Positions 12,490 through 24,912 of a stretch of 64,000 nucleotides of DNA are shown piece after piece. Every line of letters starts with the position of its first letter. Position 1 is the stretch's first letter. The position numbers were made by a program, and so were the translations under genes. The notes beneath the pieces were generated by a model that was not told where the DNA came from, searched no databases, and saw nothing but the letters and a program-made list of their open reading frames with translations. This DNA comes from Oikopleura dioica (lineage: Eukaryota; Animalia; Chordata): positions 2,687,929 through 2,751,928 of the forward strand of contig OU015570.1 in NCBI GenBank assembly GCA_907165135.1, read 5' to 3'.

Positions 12490-13158
12490 TTCGATATCAT
12501 AAATTTTGTAACCAAGACACGTGCGATAAAAGTAAGCGGGGCCCTTGCTGTTATCATCATCTCTTAGTTCAAAATTGAGGGAAATTTCTTTTCCTCTATA
12601 TGGTTGTCCGAGGTTAGGTACCCGCTGAAGTCAAAGTGGTCATTTTTGGCTACCTTTATTTCTCATTTTTTCACCCTCAATATGATTGATAACATCAAAG
12701 GCAACATTTTGACCGAGAAATAAGAGATTTTTTTAATATTTTATAAACTTTATATAGCCTATTTTGGCCGAGATGCCAAGTTTAAGGGGTTGTCACGTGG
12801 TAAAAATGGTTGAATTTCAAAAAACCTCTTGTCAATAGTAAGATCTAAGATAGATCTTTAATTCTAGCCATTTAGGCAATTTTTACTTCTTACAGGTGCT
12901 GAGGAGTATGAGCTCAAAGTAGGCCTAAGCGATTACTATACCCTTAAATTGACGGAGCGCATGCAAATGTCAACTAGTCTGAGAAGCGTGTTAAACACTA
13001 GTATAAGGATCTCGTCTATGATCGCCGGCATCTAAATTTAGGTGTTAATAAAAATACATGAAGAATTGTAAATAAAATTATTGTAAACGACGCGAGAAAG
13101 AAAATTTAAAGCAGACATGATATTAAATAAACGCAAAGTAGTTACACATATCTATGAA

Positions 13159-13728
13159 TTATTGAAATTCGTAATGACTTGTGTTTCCGTTTTTAGCTCG
13201 CAAAAATGAAATAAGCTCCTCTTTAATAGTAGGTTGAGGCGCAGCGCGTTTCTTTTTGATCGAAAGGGCCGCAAACTCTTTTGGTTTGTCTTCCTGTCGA
13301 AGGGGAATCGGTTTTGGTGGTTTACTATTGTTAATTACTGTAACTACCGAAGTTGTCCCTGAACCAAAAGAATGACAAGACGTTGCATCAATTGGCGAAG
13401 CGTCGCTAGCGATTGATCGAAGTGAAATGTAGGGTTTGGGAACCCTTAGCAAATTCTCAAGCTCATGATTTTTCCTTTTCCACAAGTTAAAAACCGGACA
13501 TGAATCTCTTGAGTACCAGTGGATGATTGGGACAGAATCATTGTCGCTTTCGAGAGACTGACAGAAAAAATTGTAGATAGCACGAAAAATAGTTGGACTC
13601 ATTTCAGAAGACGCATCATTAACAAGAAGATTTTTTGCAAGAAGAAGACGCAAGATGAAATCTTCTTCGTTCATGGATTTAAGGGTTTGAATAATCAAGT
13701 CATTTTTGACTTTGTTTGGGTTGTCCAT
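13159..13728 (-). CDS. ORF4 downstream of env, 189 aa, unknown function
   Basis: Intact ORF with ATG 9 nt after the env stop. Confidence 0.55.
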   Translation of the reverse strand: MDNPNKVKNDLIIQTLKSMNEEDFILRLLLAKNLLVNDASSEMSPTIFRAIYNFFCQSLESDNDSVPIIHWYSRDSCPVFNLWKRKNHELENLLRVPKPYISLRSIASDASPIDATSCHSFGSGTTSVVTVINNSKPPKPIPLRQEDKPKEFAALSIKKKRAAPQPTIKEELISFLRAKNGNTSHYEFQ

Positions 13729-13736
13729 TGAAATAA

Positions 13737-16700
13737 TTATACTGCGTCTTCTGCAATCACACTTTTAAACGAAGGAAAACGCAAATTGCGATTGAATCTG
13801 TTTTGGGGAATTTCTGGTGGTTGTCGTCTAGAGCTTCTTGGTTGAGAGATAATGACTTGCTGTGCCCTTCGGTTGTAATCTTCAATTTCATCACCTGATT
13901 GCAGGTAACGACGAAATCGGAATAAAGAAGGGCAGCAGCACTTGAAGCATTTCTTTGACAAAGTTGCGGAATATTTAAGTAATCCTCCGATTATAACGAG
14001 TAAAATAATTCCGACGATTACCCAAACAGCCATATTACTGAAAGGGCGAACGCTCGAAAGAGCGTTATCCACGGGACCATATCCCGTTTTTGCCTCAAAT
14101 TGAAATTCTTTCGAAATCGATTCAAGATCTGTCTTGTTGACCATTTTTGTTACATCAAGCGATCGAAGCGTGTTTTCGAAATGATGTGCATTGACTACGA
14201 ATGTCTTCGGATCGAAAGCCGAAAAATTTTGGTCGACGATTTCATTGATTTCGCGACTCTTCCCCCTGATAGAAAATTGGGCATTATTACATGAGACGGT
14301 CAACAAATGATCAATTCTGTTAAAGACCGTAATGTTTGATTTATTATCTATCGTTTGTGAACCCATTGAGGTCGTGGGGATAATGGAAGTTGATTTTGAA
14401 GATCGAGCAATTGGAGTATGAAAATAGCTAACAATCACAAAATTCTCATTATTGGCGAAAATGCAATCAAGATTTGAATGGATAATTTCATGTTCACACG
14501 CTTTCGCCTTTTCTTGGGACAAGAGCGATGCAGCACATGCGTCCATAACTCTGTTAAAAAGAGATCATCTTCACTGCAGAATGTGGACTTAATGAGCGTG
14601 TTAGTGCGACAATTATCAATGCTGAAAGCTTTGTTAACCCTGTTAGAAAAAGCAATTTGTTTTGGAGTGAGTAGTTTCATATAATAGTACTCTCCGTTTC
14701 TTGTCCCGATTGGAACTGGAAGACCAGTTATATCCAATGTTTGGGCAATCTCTTCCATTTTAGGGTTGTCAAACTTTAGTTCCAACAATATTGATAGTCG
14801 ATGCTCATGGTCCAACTGTGGGCGGTATCTTACGGCTCTAACGGGAGTAATCTCCATGAAGTCCCGGCAAGCTGACTCGTATTCTGGATTTAGCAGCCTT
14901 TAAGCGCCTATGACCGTTTCAATCGCTTTGTTGTTGGAAAATGAGGCTCTTGTCTTCAAATTCGCTATTTCCTGCATGATCGAATCCTTGAAATCTTGGG
15001 ACTCCCTGACTATGTCGTGAATGTCGTGAATGTCGCGAATGTCGTGAATGTCGCGAATGTCGTGAATGTCGTGGCGAAAAATGACCAAGTTGAAAACAAC
15101 TTTGTTCTAGAAATTGAGTATCGTCGTTATCGTGCAGAACAGTAGGAGGCGCGAAAATAGATGTGTTACCACTCCAATCAAGGAGTTTTCTACCAGAAAC
15201 TGCGCGGAGCGCTTCTTTATCCCATATTTATAAATCTTCTCTGTTAATAATTAGTTCAGAAAGGTTAATCGGTGGAAAAATTTTTTCCATAATCCGATGA
15301 AATTGTTGTTTTTTTCTAGAACATATTTTTTGCTTTTTTGCCACGACATTCACGACATTCGCGACATTCACGACATTCACGACATAGTCAGGGCGTGCCG
15401 AAATCTTTGAACTCATCGAAGATTTGTTCTTTAAGTATTTGATCGGAGATAGCGCTGCTGGTTTTGCATTCCTTTGCGAGAGCCGCATTCACATCTGCAT
15501 GTTCACGTTTGATTTGAACCTGGATTTTTGTAGCTCAGCGTTTTTGCGATCGCTCAACTTGGCCATAAGAAGCTCGTCATGAGCGATTTTGTTCTCAGTC
15601 TGCTTCCTATGGTGCAGCATTTCGACTTCGCTGGTTATACCGCCAATAACAGCTGTTGCTAGGCCAATTGCAAGAGCAACTGCTTGGCGTCTTTTTCGAC
15701 AGTGTTTTCCTTGACAAGTTGTCGAGTCATCTGTCGAGTATTCCGTATAATCGCTTGACGTGTAGCTCTCGTCGGAGTAGTCTGATGACTCATCCGAGTA
15801 AGTGCTATAGTATTCATATTTGTCAGGAAATGGAGTTACTTCCAAATTATCACCGAGAGCTGTGGTTGCTTCCAGATTGTCTCCAAGAGCAGAAGTCGCT
15901 TCCAGATTGTCTCCAAGAGCAGTAGTCGCTTCCAGATTATCGCCAAGAGCAGTAACGTAAGTTGTGGTTTCCACCTCGATTCTTGGGGCTCGAGTGGAAT
16001 CAATTACTTTACTAATCTTTTCCTGATGTCGAATTTTATCGGAGTGCTGTAACCGATGGAGACCGTTTACGCGAAAATTTGACCGAAAGGCTTTCCGGCG
16101 AGAGTTCGTGGAAGGGAATCCACCTGAATCATCCGTCGAGAAAAGACTTTCACGAAGTTCGATTTCTGCTTCTTCGATGGTTATGTTTTTGAACGCAACC
16201 ACCTGGAACAGTTTAAAGTTGAGGCACTCCGACGCAACATTTCGGGCCTGCTGGCCGAATTGCCATCTTTCATTTGTAATATCGTCGAAGTGAAGATCAA
16301 TGATGAAATTTTGCAGAGGTTTTGCATCATTTGGAACTTTAAATGAGCTGTTGGTTTGGAGCTGTTTTTCAACTGTTTCTTGAAGTGCTCCTTTGATATT
16401 GAATAAAGTGTACGAATGACGCGAATCTGGGATGTCAAGAGCTGTGAAGTTTTGTGAATAAATTTCTGATTCGCTTTCTTTCGCGGCAGTCGCGTCAAAC
16501 ATGATATAGAAGTTGACATGACTGACCGAGTCTTTCGAAAATTGAAAGATGACTTCATCTACGTCTTGGTCCGCGAAAATGGAAAATTTGAAGGTACTCC
16601 ATTTGGTGTCAAGCGCACAATTGTCTCCAAAGGACTCGAAGGTCTGCGAATTACCGTCGAGATTATTATCTAATTGCCCGACTTCCGATTTTGTCGGTCC

Positions 16701-17111
16701 GCCATTGTATGTGCCATAAACACTTGATAATGTCACTGGTTTATGAATAAGTGGTAGATTGAGTTTTCTGTGAATCTCGCTAAATTCGCCTGGATGTAAC
16801 AGGGAGACATTCGTTTTGAGATTTATCCAGTCGGCTATCAAAATATTGAGATAGTTTTCGGCTTGCAAATTCATGTCTTTTGCATCCTCATAACAAACGA
16901 ATGTCGCTCTGCTTACATTTGGCAAGTGGGGTGAAATTTCTATGTTGAGGGTTGTCTGCTGATCCGAATCAACATAGAACGTACTTTTAGTAGAGTTGAA
17001 TAAAAATATTCCTAGTTTTTGAAGATCTGCAGTGCTTGTGTCAGTGTTTCGTATAAAGAGCAGGAGAAATTGTAGTAGTAGTGATGTTCTAATGACGTTT
17101 GCGCAGGTCAT
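13737..17111 (-). pseudogene. env: env class-I-fusion-like glycoprotein, frameshifted and MITE-interrupted
   Basis: Signal peptide; RKRR (15698-15687) followed by QAVALAIGLATAVIGG; heptad region; TM AVWVIVGIILLVIIGGLL; KCFKCCC tail; reading continues across the 14998-15399 MITE. Confidence 0.85.
14998..15399. mobile_element. GG-terminal TIR MITE with 8-bp TSD (Merlin-like)
   Basis: TSD GAAATCTT at 14990-14997 and 15400-15407; TIR GG(G/C)AC(T/G)CCCTGACTATGTCG followed by 9-bp GAATGTCG(T/C) repeats. Confidence 0.88.
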
Positions 17112-18190
17112 ATCGAGGAGATTCGTCTTGACTTAGTGGGGAATAATCTATTTCGAAAGGTGTTATTGCTTTAGCGTCGATGGGAAATTCCGTGTTGTAG
17201 ATTTCTTTTGTATCTTCGTCAATAAAAATGTCTTCTTTTTTCAATAAATATTGTCGATCTTTTTCAGTTAAGTCAAGTTTTATCAAAAACTTGCCCGATC
17301 GATTTAGCTTGTTTTTATCGAAAATGTGTGAAATACCAAAGGTTATTCGTTTCCCAATCGTCTGGATCTCGAATGGTCCTCTGTTAAAGCATCCATGGCC
17401 AATCGCTGGCGTTGGATCTCGAATCATAACAAAATCACCCTTTTTCAGGGTCCCTTCCGTAGCATTTGATTCAAGGAAGAATCTTGATAGACTCTTTTCC
17501 GCTTGATCGGTATGCAAAGATTTTATATCTTGCATATGAGTCTCGTAGACTTCTAGATTATTCTCATCGTTATTCTCTTTTGGCATTTCCACACTTAAAT
17601 TCAAGAAGTTACTCGGAGGCGCTTTGTTGTACAAAACCTCAAGGGGAGTTCTGCCAAAGAGTCCACTGCTTGGGCGCATGTTGTAGACGTATGTCGCAAG
17701 CATAAATTTGTGGACGATGTTTGATTGTTTTGGGTCATATGATTCAAGAATTGTGCGAATCTCAGGATGTGAGCGTTCCACCCTGTTCGCTTGACGTTTT
17801 CGGGAAGAAATTCTGCTATGACTGACTGCTAATGATGTAAGAAGAGTCATGACTTCTTCTTGGAATTCAGGGCCACTGTCTAGAATCATTTGGCAATTCC
17901 CAATCGCGCCTGCTTCATAGATGAGTTCAGTGAGAGCGGGGCAGATATGGGGTGCTTTGAGTGACCTGACATGTCTTGCTGTTAGCCGACGGCTAAATCC
18001 GTCTAGGAATGTTAAAAAGTAAAATTTCTTTCCTTCGCAGACAAAGTGCATCGTGTCAGCATAAACAGCCGAGTATGGACGTAATGTCGGCTCGAGCTTC
18101 TGCTTGACGTCCGCAGTCTTGTAGCGACGGTGAATATGATTGCATCTGAGGCAACTTTTAACACATGCTTTGACATGTTTTCCTTTTGCT
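17089..18190 (-). pseudogene. pol: pol: integrase (CxxC, D-D-E core, GPF)
   Basis: CLRC upstream; YADTMHF..FLDGFSR, LDSGPEF, NRVERSH and RGPFEI. Confidence 0.9.
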
Positions 18191-18280
18191 TAAAAAGAAA
18201 ATGTTCATTCTTATTAAGGTGCTGGAGCAGGGGTTTTTCTCCGATGTGAAACAGAGCTTGATGAAAATAATTGAGTTATA

Positions 18281-19277
18281 TTATATTATAATCGAGTTCT
18301 CTTTGGTCCTCTTTGGACAAAGGATTGAGGGATGGAAAACAGTTTTGTGGTCAATTTCAAAGATTGGATGTCGTGACAGATTATCACAAAACTTAATGAT
18401 ATCACTCGTGTTAGGTAGGTAGATAACTCTAGCACGAGAAAATTCCATGACAGAGCTGTAAGCTCGTCGGGCTCTTGTCCCGCTGCTCGGTTTAAGACTT
18501 GGTTTGCAGTGGAGATCTTCAAGTGATTTATGGTCAACTATGAAGATGAGCCTAGCATCCTTTGAAAGAAGGTCTTTGAATGAGTTGATACCATGCATAA
18601 GGCCCACAAGTTCCCTTGCCCTTGCGGACAAGAATGTCTCGGGCTCTTCAAGAGCTTTTGACGAATATCCACAAACGCGAACGTTGCTGATTTTGTCATT
18701 TTCCAGCGTGAGGTTGCCAATAATTGCACCTGTCTGGAATTGACTTGTGTCCGAGGCGACGAAAATGTGTTCATTTTCCTGCTCATCTGAAGGATAAACG
18801 AGATGACACACACCAATTCCGTTCTTGATGTGTGATTTAAGAATTTCGATATTGTCCTTCATGACTTCGGTCAGTTTGAATTGTCGCCCTTGAGAGATTG
18901 CCTTTGTAATTGGGGAGAGAAGTGCGGATAGTTTTAGGATGAGTCAACAATAATAATTAAGACATCCATTAAAACTCATCGCTTGTTTGGCTGTTTCTGG
19001 ATTTTTCAAATTCAGAAGCGCCTCGACTTTGGCTTCTGGAGCTTTTATCCCTGACTCATCGATAACAAACCCGAGAAATTTCACGGATTTCTTAAAAAAT
19101 TCGCATTTCGCCAGGGAAACTACGACGTTGAAGTCCTTTATTCTCCTGAATATAGTTTCCAAAGTGCGAAGATGATTTCTTTCTGTCGAAACTACCAAAA
19201 AATCATCCTGATAATTAAAACAGAAGAAACTTTCCTCGTTACCTTCAATCTCGTACAAAATTTTATTTGCAAAAGCT
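18281..19277 (-). pseudogene. pol: pol: RT C-terminal part and RNase H; RT N-terminus replaced by unrelated insertions
   Basis: NYQDDFLVV, KCEFFKKSVKFLG; VASDTS, ARELVG, VDHKSL, CDNLSR. Confidence 0.9.
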
Positions 19278-20162
19278 TAAAGGTGGAGGTGTATGATTAG
19301 GGTTTCTCACGGGAAAATGGTATTTATCACTTTTTTCTGAAAATTTCATCGTTAGCTTAATTTGACCCGCTGATTCTAAAAATACAAAAATCAGAGGCGC
19401 CGGTCGACGTTTTGGTGGTGCAGCGCGCGCTGTCTTGGCGCACTTGGTGCAAGGGAGATTTTTCAGTGAAAATTTCCCAAAATAGTTTTCTATGGGATTT
19501 TGAACATGGTGAAACTAATGGTTATTTTTGTTAAATAACAATTATTATTATACAGCAGTATCTAACATTATATCCATTAACTATTTCATGGGATACAAGG
19601 TACTTCGGCTCTGATTTCTCTAGAAAAAAAGTAAGAATAGTCTGCTTTGACTTCTTTTTTAAATCTCTGGAAAAGTTCGGACTCCTTCTGCCGAAGGAAT
19701 ATGTTTTTTTTGTGAATCTTTAACATTTCTGCAAACCCATGTTCAGAAACTAATTGACAATTAGCATTTTTCGGCATTTTCGAGGGTAAGCCGCATTATT
19801 TACAATGAAATTATCATGTTTAAATCGGAAATCCCCCAATAATTGCATCGAACCACTTTATTTCGTCACCTTCTACAGAAAGGTTCGGACTGCTCTCCGG
19901 GGGAGTGAGTAAATATACGCGTTTTCAGGCCAGGCGCTGACCCCGTGCGCGACTCCAGCGCGCGCAATGCCAAAAAGTTCTAGTTAAATGCGGATTTCTG
20001 GGTGACCGGCTATTTTCGGCTATCCAAAAATTTTAGAGGTGAATTTTTTATGCTTGAGATTGATCATATTCAAAAATCGAGACTGTGTCTGAGTGTGTTC
20101 AGTGTTAAAGTGAGGATTTTTCACTAAAATTGCCATTTTTTAGCCTTTTTTTTCAAAGAAAA

Positions 20163-20952
20163 CTAAAAATTTGATAGCATATTATTTATCCTCATCCTCG
20201 ATTTAGTATTGTCCTTAATTTTCATATAAAACCCATCAGAAAAAGTGATAACGGCAATCGCGGTCAGAAGGCGTTCCGAGCCCCGCGCGCTCCCGTGAAA
20301 AACCCTATGTATGATCATTACGATTGCTGACCGACAATTGATCATGATTGCCGATTAAAGTCTATGTCTGTAGCGCCAAATTTCTTTCAATGAGCCCTTC
20401 GGACCCGATAAGATTTAACTCTAACGGCGCTTTATGTGTTTCGGTTCTAACTACTCGAATAAATTTGGTTTCATTTGGCCCAATAAAGCTAGTTTTTCTG
20501 GCCACTAGCGCAGACTTTTCCGTTCGTTTAACGACCTCTTCAACCTCCTCATTAATGCACTCAATTTTCCTTCGATTCAGAAGGAGGGGACTGTTTGTCG
20601 GTCCGTTGAGGTTCAATTTAAAACGTTTCAAGACGTTGTATCCGAGAACAGCGTTAAAATCGATTCGATTCTGTTTCGGAATGACCAACATCTCAACATC
20701 CGGAATAATTTTATTGTCAATTTTGATAGAACATGACAATTTCTCCGTTATACTACACATGCTGCTTCCGAGAGCGTTTGTGAGTGCAACCGAAGCCTTT
20801 GAAGTTTTAAAATTGGTTGGGACCATGTTCTTACGTATGAAGCTCGAACTGGCCCCAGTGTCCAATAACACATTTTTGACCTCATAAGTGAGAATGTGGT
20901 CGTTGTCGTACTGGACGATTACAATTTCAGAAACAGGCAGATCATGTCCCAT
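20163..20952 (-). pseudogene. pol: pol: aspartic protease region
   Basis: LLDTGASSSFI and VLGYNVL. Confidence 0.85.
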
Positions 20953-21089
20953 GGTTTTTTATGGGAATTCAAAATAACAAAACGTGAAAAATATTTACAG
21001 GAAAAATATTGGCAGAAGAAAAAATTTAAAAAAAAACGAAAGAAAGAAAAGGAACGCGAAAAGATCATGAATGATGATCATTTTACGGC

Positions 21090-22834
21090 TAAAAAACACT
21101 AGGGCACTCGTTGGCATAGTGGTGGTATGCGGTCATGTGGGTATTATATCCGCGTTCACTGTTCCCCCCGAACGTGGGTATTTATACCCACGTTCACTCT
21201 TTCTTCCGAACATGGGTATTCGATACTCACGTTCACACTTACTGGCGAACGTGGGTATTTTCCAGGCGTTTTGAGAACAGTTCTGTTCTAGAGCCTCATC
21301 TGTTTCGATGAAGGCGGGAAACACACCAATTACCGGACGTACAAAAAGGTTCATTTTACAGCTCTAACTTGAAAAATTTTGGAGAATCCTTCAAGACAGG
21401 CGCGGAGCGCATACTGTCTCCGACTTGAGAACCAGCTTCGGCCGCTGACCGGGCTGTCCTGCACTCTTAACACTGGACTTGTCTTTTTGAGGTTAAACGT
21501 TAAGTTTCTAGAGCAAGTTATTTTATATACCACCGTTCAAACAAAATTTCATTTATTGAACGTGGGTATTTATACCCGCATTCGGACATTTGAGCGAACG
21601 TGGGTATTAATACCCTCGTTCGAGAAATCACTGAACGCTGGTATAAATACCCTCATGACCGCTTACAACCGGCATAGTAGGCCTTACCCCCACATTTCTT
21701 ACAAACAACGTGAGCCTTAGATTTTTTGTTACCCTTATCGCCGTCTTTCTTTTTATTTCCGCCTTTTTCATCTTTTCCTTGATTTTTGTTTTTGTCCCCG
21801 TTGTTTTTGGTATCACTTTTTTATTATACCATTTTTTTCCCTTATTCCCTTTATTATTTCCTCCACTACCCTTTTTCTTGCCCGAATTATGACTTTGATT
21901 TTTACCGTAGGCATTCAGCGATTCCTTCTCGGAGTCTGCTGATTTGCCATTACCTTTTTTATGGGAAATCTGGTTCAGATCTGCTGGCGCTATAGCCTAT
22001 AGCCGTAGCATACAAATCGTCGAGGAGAGAGATCTGCTCATCTCTGGATCGATTGGCAGCCGTTCTAAACATAGCTTCCTTTGTCAGGTAATTCGGCAAT
22101 TTGCCTTTAAAAGCTTCCCATGCCAAGGCTTCGATGACCTCATTAGGCTTTTCTGAATGAGCTTCTTCAGTTAAGCTTCTGACCTGTTGAAAGAAAGACC
22201 TCATATCGGTCGGCTTTCCGAATTTAAGGTCATTAAGGTTTTTCAGGGCGACCGCTTTGTTTTTCCTATACCTCTTTTTCAGAAGGTCAAGGAATTTCTC
22301 GAAATTCCTCTGGTCTTTTTCGGGCAAATTAGCAAAATCAGTATTGAGAGAAATTTGGTCGGCAGCAGGTAACGCCTTTATTAAACTTTCGATCTCCAGA
22401 TTAAGATCGGTCACCCCTTGCCGTTCCAATTGATTAGTGGCAAGTTTTATCCAATTGAGGATGGGGAGTGATCTGTTATATTGGCAAATTGTCACCTTGG
22501 TTGGTTTTGACAATGAGAAAAAGTTCATATCATATAAGGTCGCTTTTTGGAGCGATTCTTCCTTATTTTTGCGCTCCTTCGCAAGAAGATCCTCTTCGAT
22601 CTTAATATCATCGAAATTAAATGCTTCCGAATTTTCCTCCATGTCTAGAAGGGCTTTAAAGCTCGGAGTTTTCTCGGCGAGTTTATGCGCGGTATCGAGA
22701 GTTTTGAAAGATTCCAATAAGGGTGAGTTGACGCTAACGATGGTTTGAAGGCCTTCTTCAGATAAACTATTGAAGCTGTAAATAAGGCGATTATAACCAA
22801 CGACTTGCTTCGAACAACTCTCCCAGAATTGCAA
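21090..22834 (-). pseudogene. gag: gag with Gly/Lys-rich region and a CCHC knuckle split by a MITE
   Basis: ORF 21959-22834 continues after a frameshift; removing 21121-21670 plus one TSD gives CKKCGGKAYYANEC (H to Y). Confidence 0.75.
21121..21670. mobile_element. GG-terminal TIR MITE with 8-bp TSD (Merlin-like), internal palindromes
   Basis: TSD GGCATAGT at 21113-21120 and 21671-21678; ~40-bp imperfect TIR; repeated GAACGTGGGTA...TACCCACGTTC hairpins. Confidence 0.85.
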
Positions 22835-23430
22835 GGGATAAAGATAATATCCTCCGTTCTCGCTTAGAATTTGGACGTGAACGTAATTAATGGGCTTTTG
22901 AGTATTTGATTAAGAAGCGTTGTTTTGTCAGAATTATTATCCTGTTTAAAAAGCAAAATAGTCCACGCTCGGAGGCAATTAATTTTAATGCTCGAATTTA
23001 CTCTAATAAAGTGACTTTTTGTTAAATCCAAATTATTAATTCCCATTCCTAAATGTCCATTGTAATCGTGCAGGTGATCGATGAAATTTCAAAGAATCAA
23101 CTGAATCCTTAGTTACCAAAAGAGGAAACCACTCAGACAACGATAGAGAAAAATAAATTTCTGACGCTTCAGCAAAATTCAAAACCGCTCCGACAAGCTA
23201 CGAAATTGCTCGTTAGGCGGCGCTTATTCGCAAAAGGGGCGCTGGATTTTGGGTAAATCGAAATCTCGCTAGACTGGTTTTCGCTCTCAAGCGGACCAAT
23301 CAGCGCGCTCCAACGCGCTCGCTGCCACTTTTCTCTCGCGCCGCTTGGCGGCGCGCTTCTCTAAAACCGGTTCTCAATATTAGAGCTACCGTTCGAATAA
23401 CTCGTTACAAAGAAAATAAACTCACTTTAA

Positions 23431-24111
23431 GGGATCCCCCGATTTTTCAAGTCTTTATGACGGGTGTCTATGCGGCATTTTAAGAATCCCCGTGTTCTGA
23501 GGATCATTTTGATATATTATATGTCCCCCTTACGATCATCTTTACCCAAAATTTTGACCCTCGAAAATCGTAAAAATGCATGTTATTTGTACTTAGCGTG
23601 AAAATCGCAATTATTTTTGACTTTTCGATGTCATCGAAAATAAACGTGTAAGGGGTCTTTCGAACGCTTACAGCGCACTGACTAAGAATCTGATAACCGC
23701 ATTCGGATTTACGGCCATATATCGGCGCTAGAGAGCAATTTTGAGCCAGAAAAGGGCCAAAATGGCATCAAAAAGTTTTTCTTAAGAAAAAATTTTTCTT
23801 ACTTGACCAAACGATTTCTCTGTACTAGAGATTGTAGATAAAGGATCAAGAAAGATAATAAAAATTGATTTAGGGCTCTATATAAGAGCAAAAAAAAACT
23901 AGTTCGACTTTGAAAAAGGCCCAAAACGGGGTTTTCGCGAGTATCTATGTATTCAGCCCGCTTTTTCGAGGTGTTTCCCCTTATGAAAATTTTTTCCTGT
24001 ACTAGAGTTTGTTCACTGAGAAACGGGCTTCAAAATGAGCTATCAACCATTTAAAAAGCTAAGCCCAGAAAAAGTAGTTCGACGTCAAAATTGGCGAAAT
24101 CGGGGGATCCC
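23431..24111. mobile_element. Kolobok-like MITE (681 bp)
   Basis: Perfect 15-bp TIR GGGATCCCCCGATTT; TTAA on both sides. Confidence 0.8.
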
Positions 24112-24429
24112 TTAAGCCTACCGGGGTACTGACTATTTTATTCTACCCTTCGGCTAACCAGAGCTTTGAGACCCGCGAAGGAGTTCTCCGTTTTTGGCTT
24201 GATTTTTAAACTTCGCTTCCAAAAACTTTTGGAAACGGATTTCGCGCTGGCCGTCCGCTGTTTGGGGAAATGGAATAGGTTCTAATTAGCTATTTAAAAT
24301 CACTCCGTGAATTTAATAGCTCTCCAATTAAGGGGGACACCTTTTATTTCTGAAAAAGCTCCTTGACAAAGGCAAGGAAAATAATAGTTTTTCAGAAAAT
24401 TTTTCGCCTTTTTTACGTTAATTTGATTG

Positions 24430-24730
24430 AAAAACTTACGGAGTCCATAGCAGGTGGCGGCGGCGGCTTGTTCTTCTTCTTCTTCGGGGGAGTTCTGTCT
24501 TCTTCACCAGTATAAAACTGGAAGATGCTCTGCCGAATTGCCTGCTTCTCTTGCTAATAAATACAAGTCCTCTTTTCAATAGAGACTTTATTATGAGACT
24601 GAGCAACTGCAGCCGAGCTGCTTCTATTTATAGTGCACGGAGCTATTCTGCGGTTAAGCCGTAAAGAGCGCGGGCTTACCGCGTAACAAGGGCCTCGCGG
24701 TCCCTAATTACTCAGAACTTCGCCGTCACA
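24430..24730 (-). mobile_element. probable 5' LTR + PBS + leader fragment of another gypsy element
   Basis: TGTGAC start, TATAAATAG, AATAAA, TGGTGAAGAAG, purine-rich leader, GTAAGT donor; no CA end or partner LTR seen. Confidence 0.4.
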
Positions 24731-24749
24731 ATATAGTCTATATCCTGTC

Positions 24750-24912
24750 TGTTTTTCGAATTCACTCGCTCTATGGACAGAAATAATGAAAAATCACCTA
24801 AAAATGTAAGATAGTGCAATGTATTTCCAGTCACAGTAAGTTCAACGAGGTCGATAAAATCTTTACTGAAGCAAGATAGTGATAGCTTGAGGGCCGCTAT
24901 ATCCTTAGGCAT
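24750..24912 (-). pseudogene. pol: integrase fragment related to the giant element's pol
   Basis: DFIDLVELTVTGNTLHYLTFLGDFSLFLSIERVNSK aligns with IFVDLIEISVSGKLLHYLSFLDDFSLMLSVERVNSK at ~38640-38750. Confidence 0.8.

Larger units (their letters stand above)
13159..23118 (-). mobile_element. degenerate env-bearing Ty3/gypsy (Tor-like) element: gag-pro-RT-RH-IN-env-ORF4, interrupted by MITEs; LTRs not identified
   Basis: All domains co-oriented in gypsy order; TGG-initial PBS-like TGGTAACTAAGG at 23118-23107. Confidence 0.85.

Noticed and set aside
12950-13150. 3' LTR for the 13-23 kb element (TGTAAC at ~13149 and ~23409)
   Set aside because: The two candidates share only 6 nt and no PPT is visible
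19278-20160. Insertions interrupting RT
   Set aside because: Clearly foreign to pol, but no convincing TIR/TSD pair could be defined by eye
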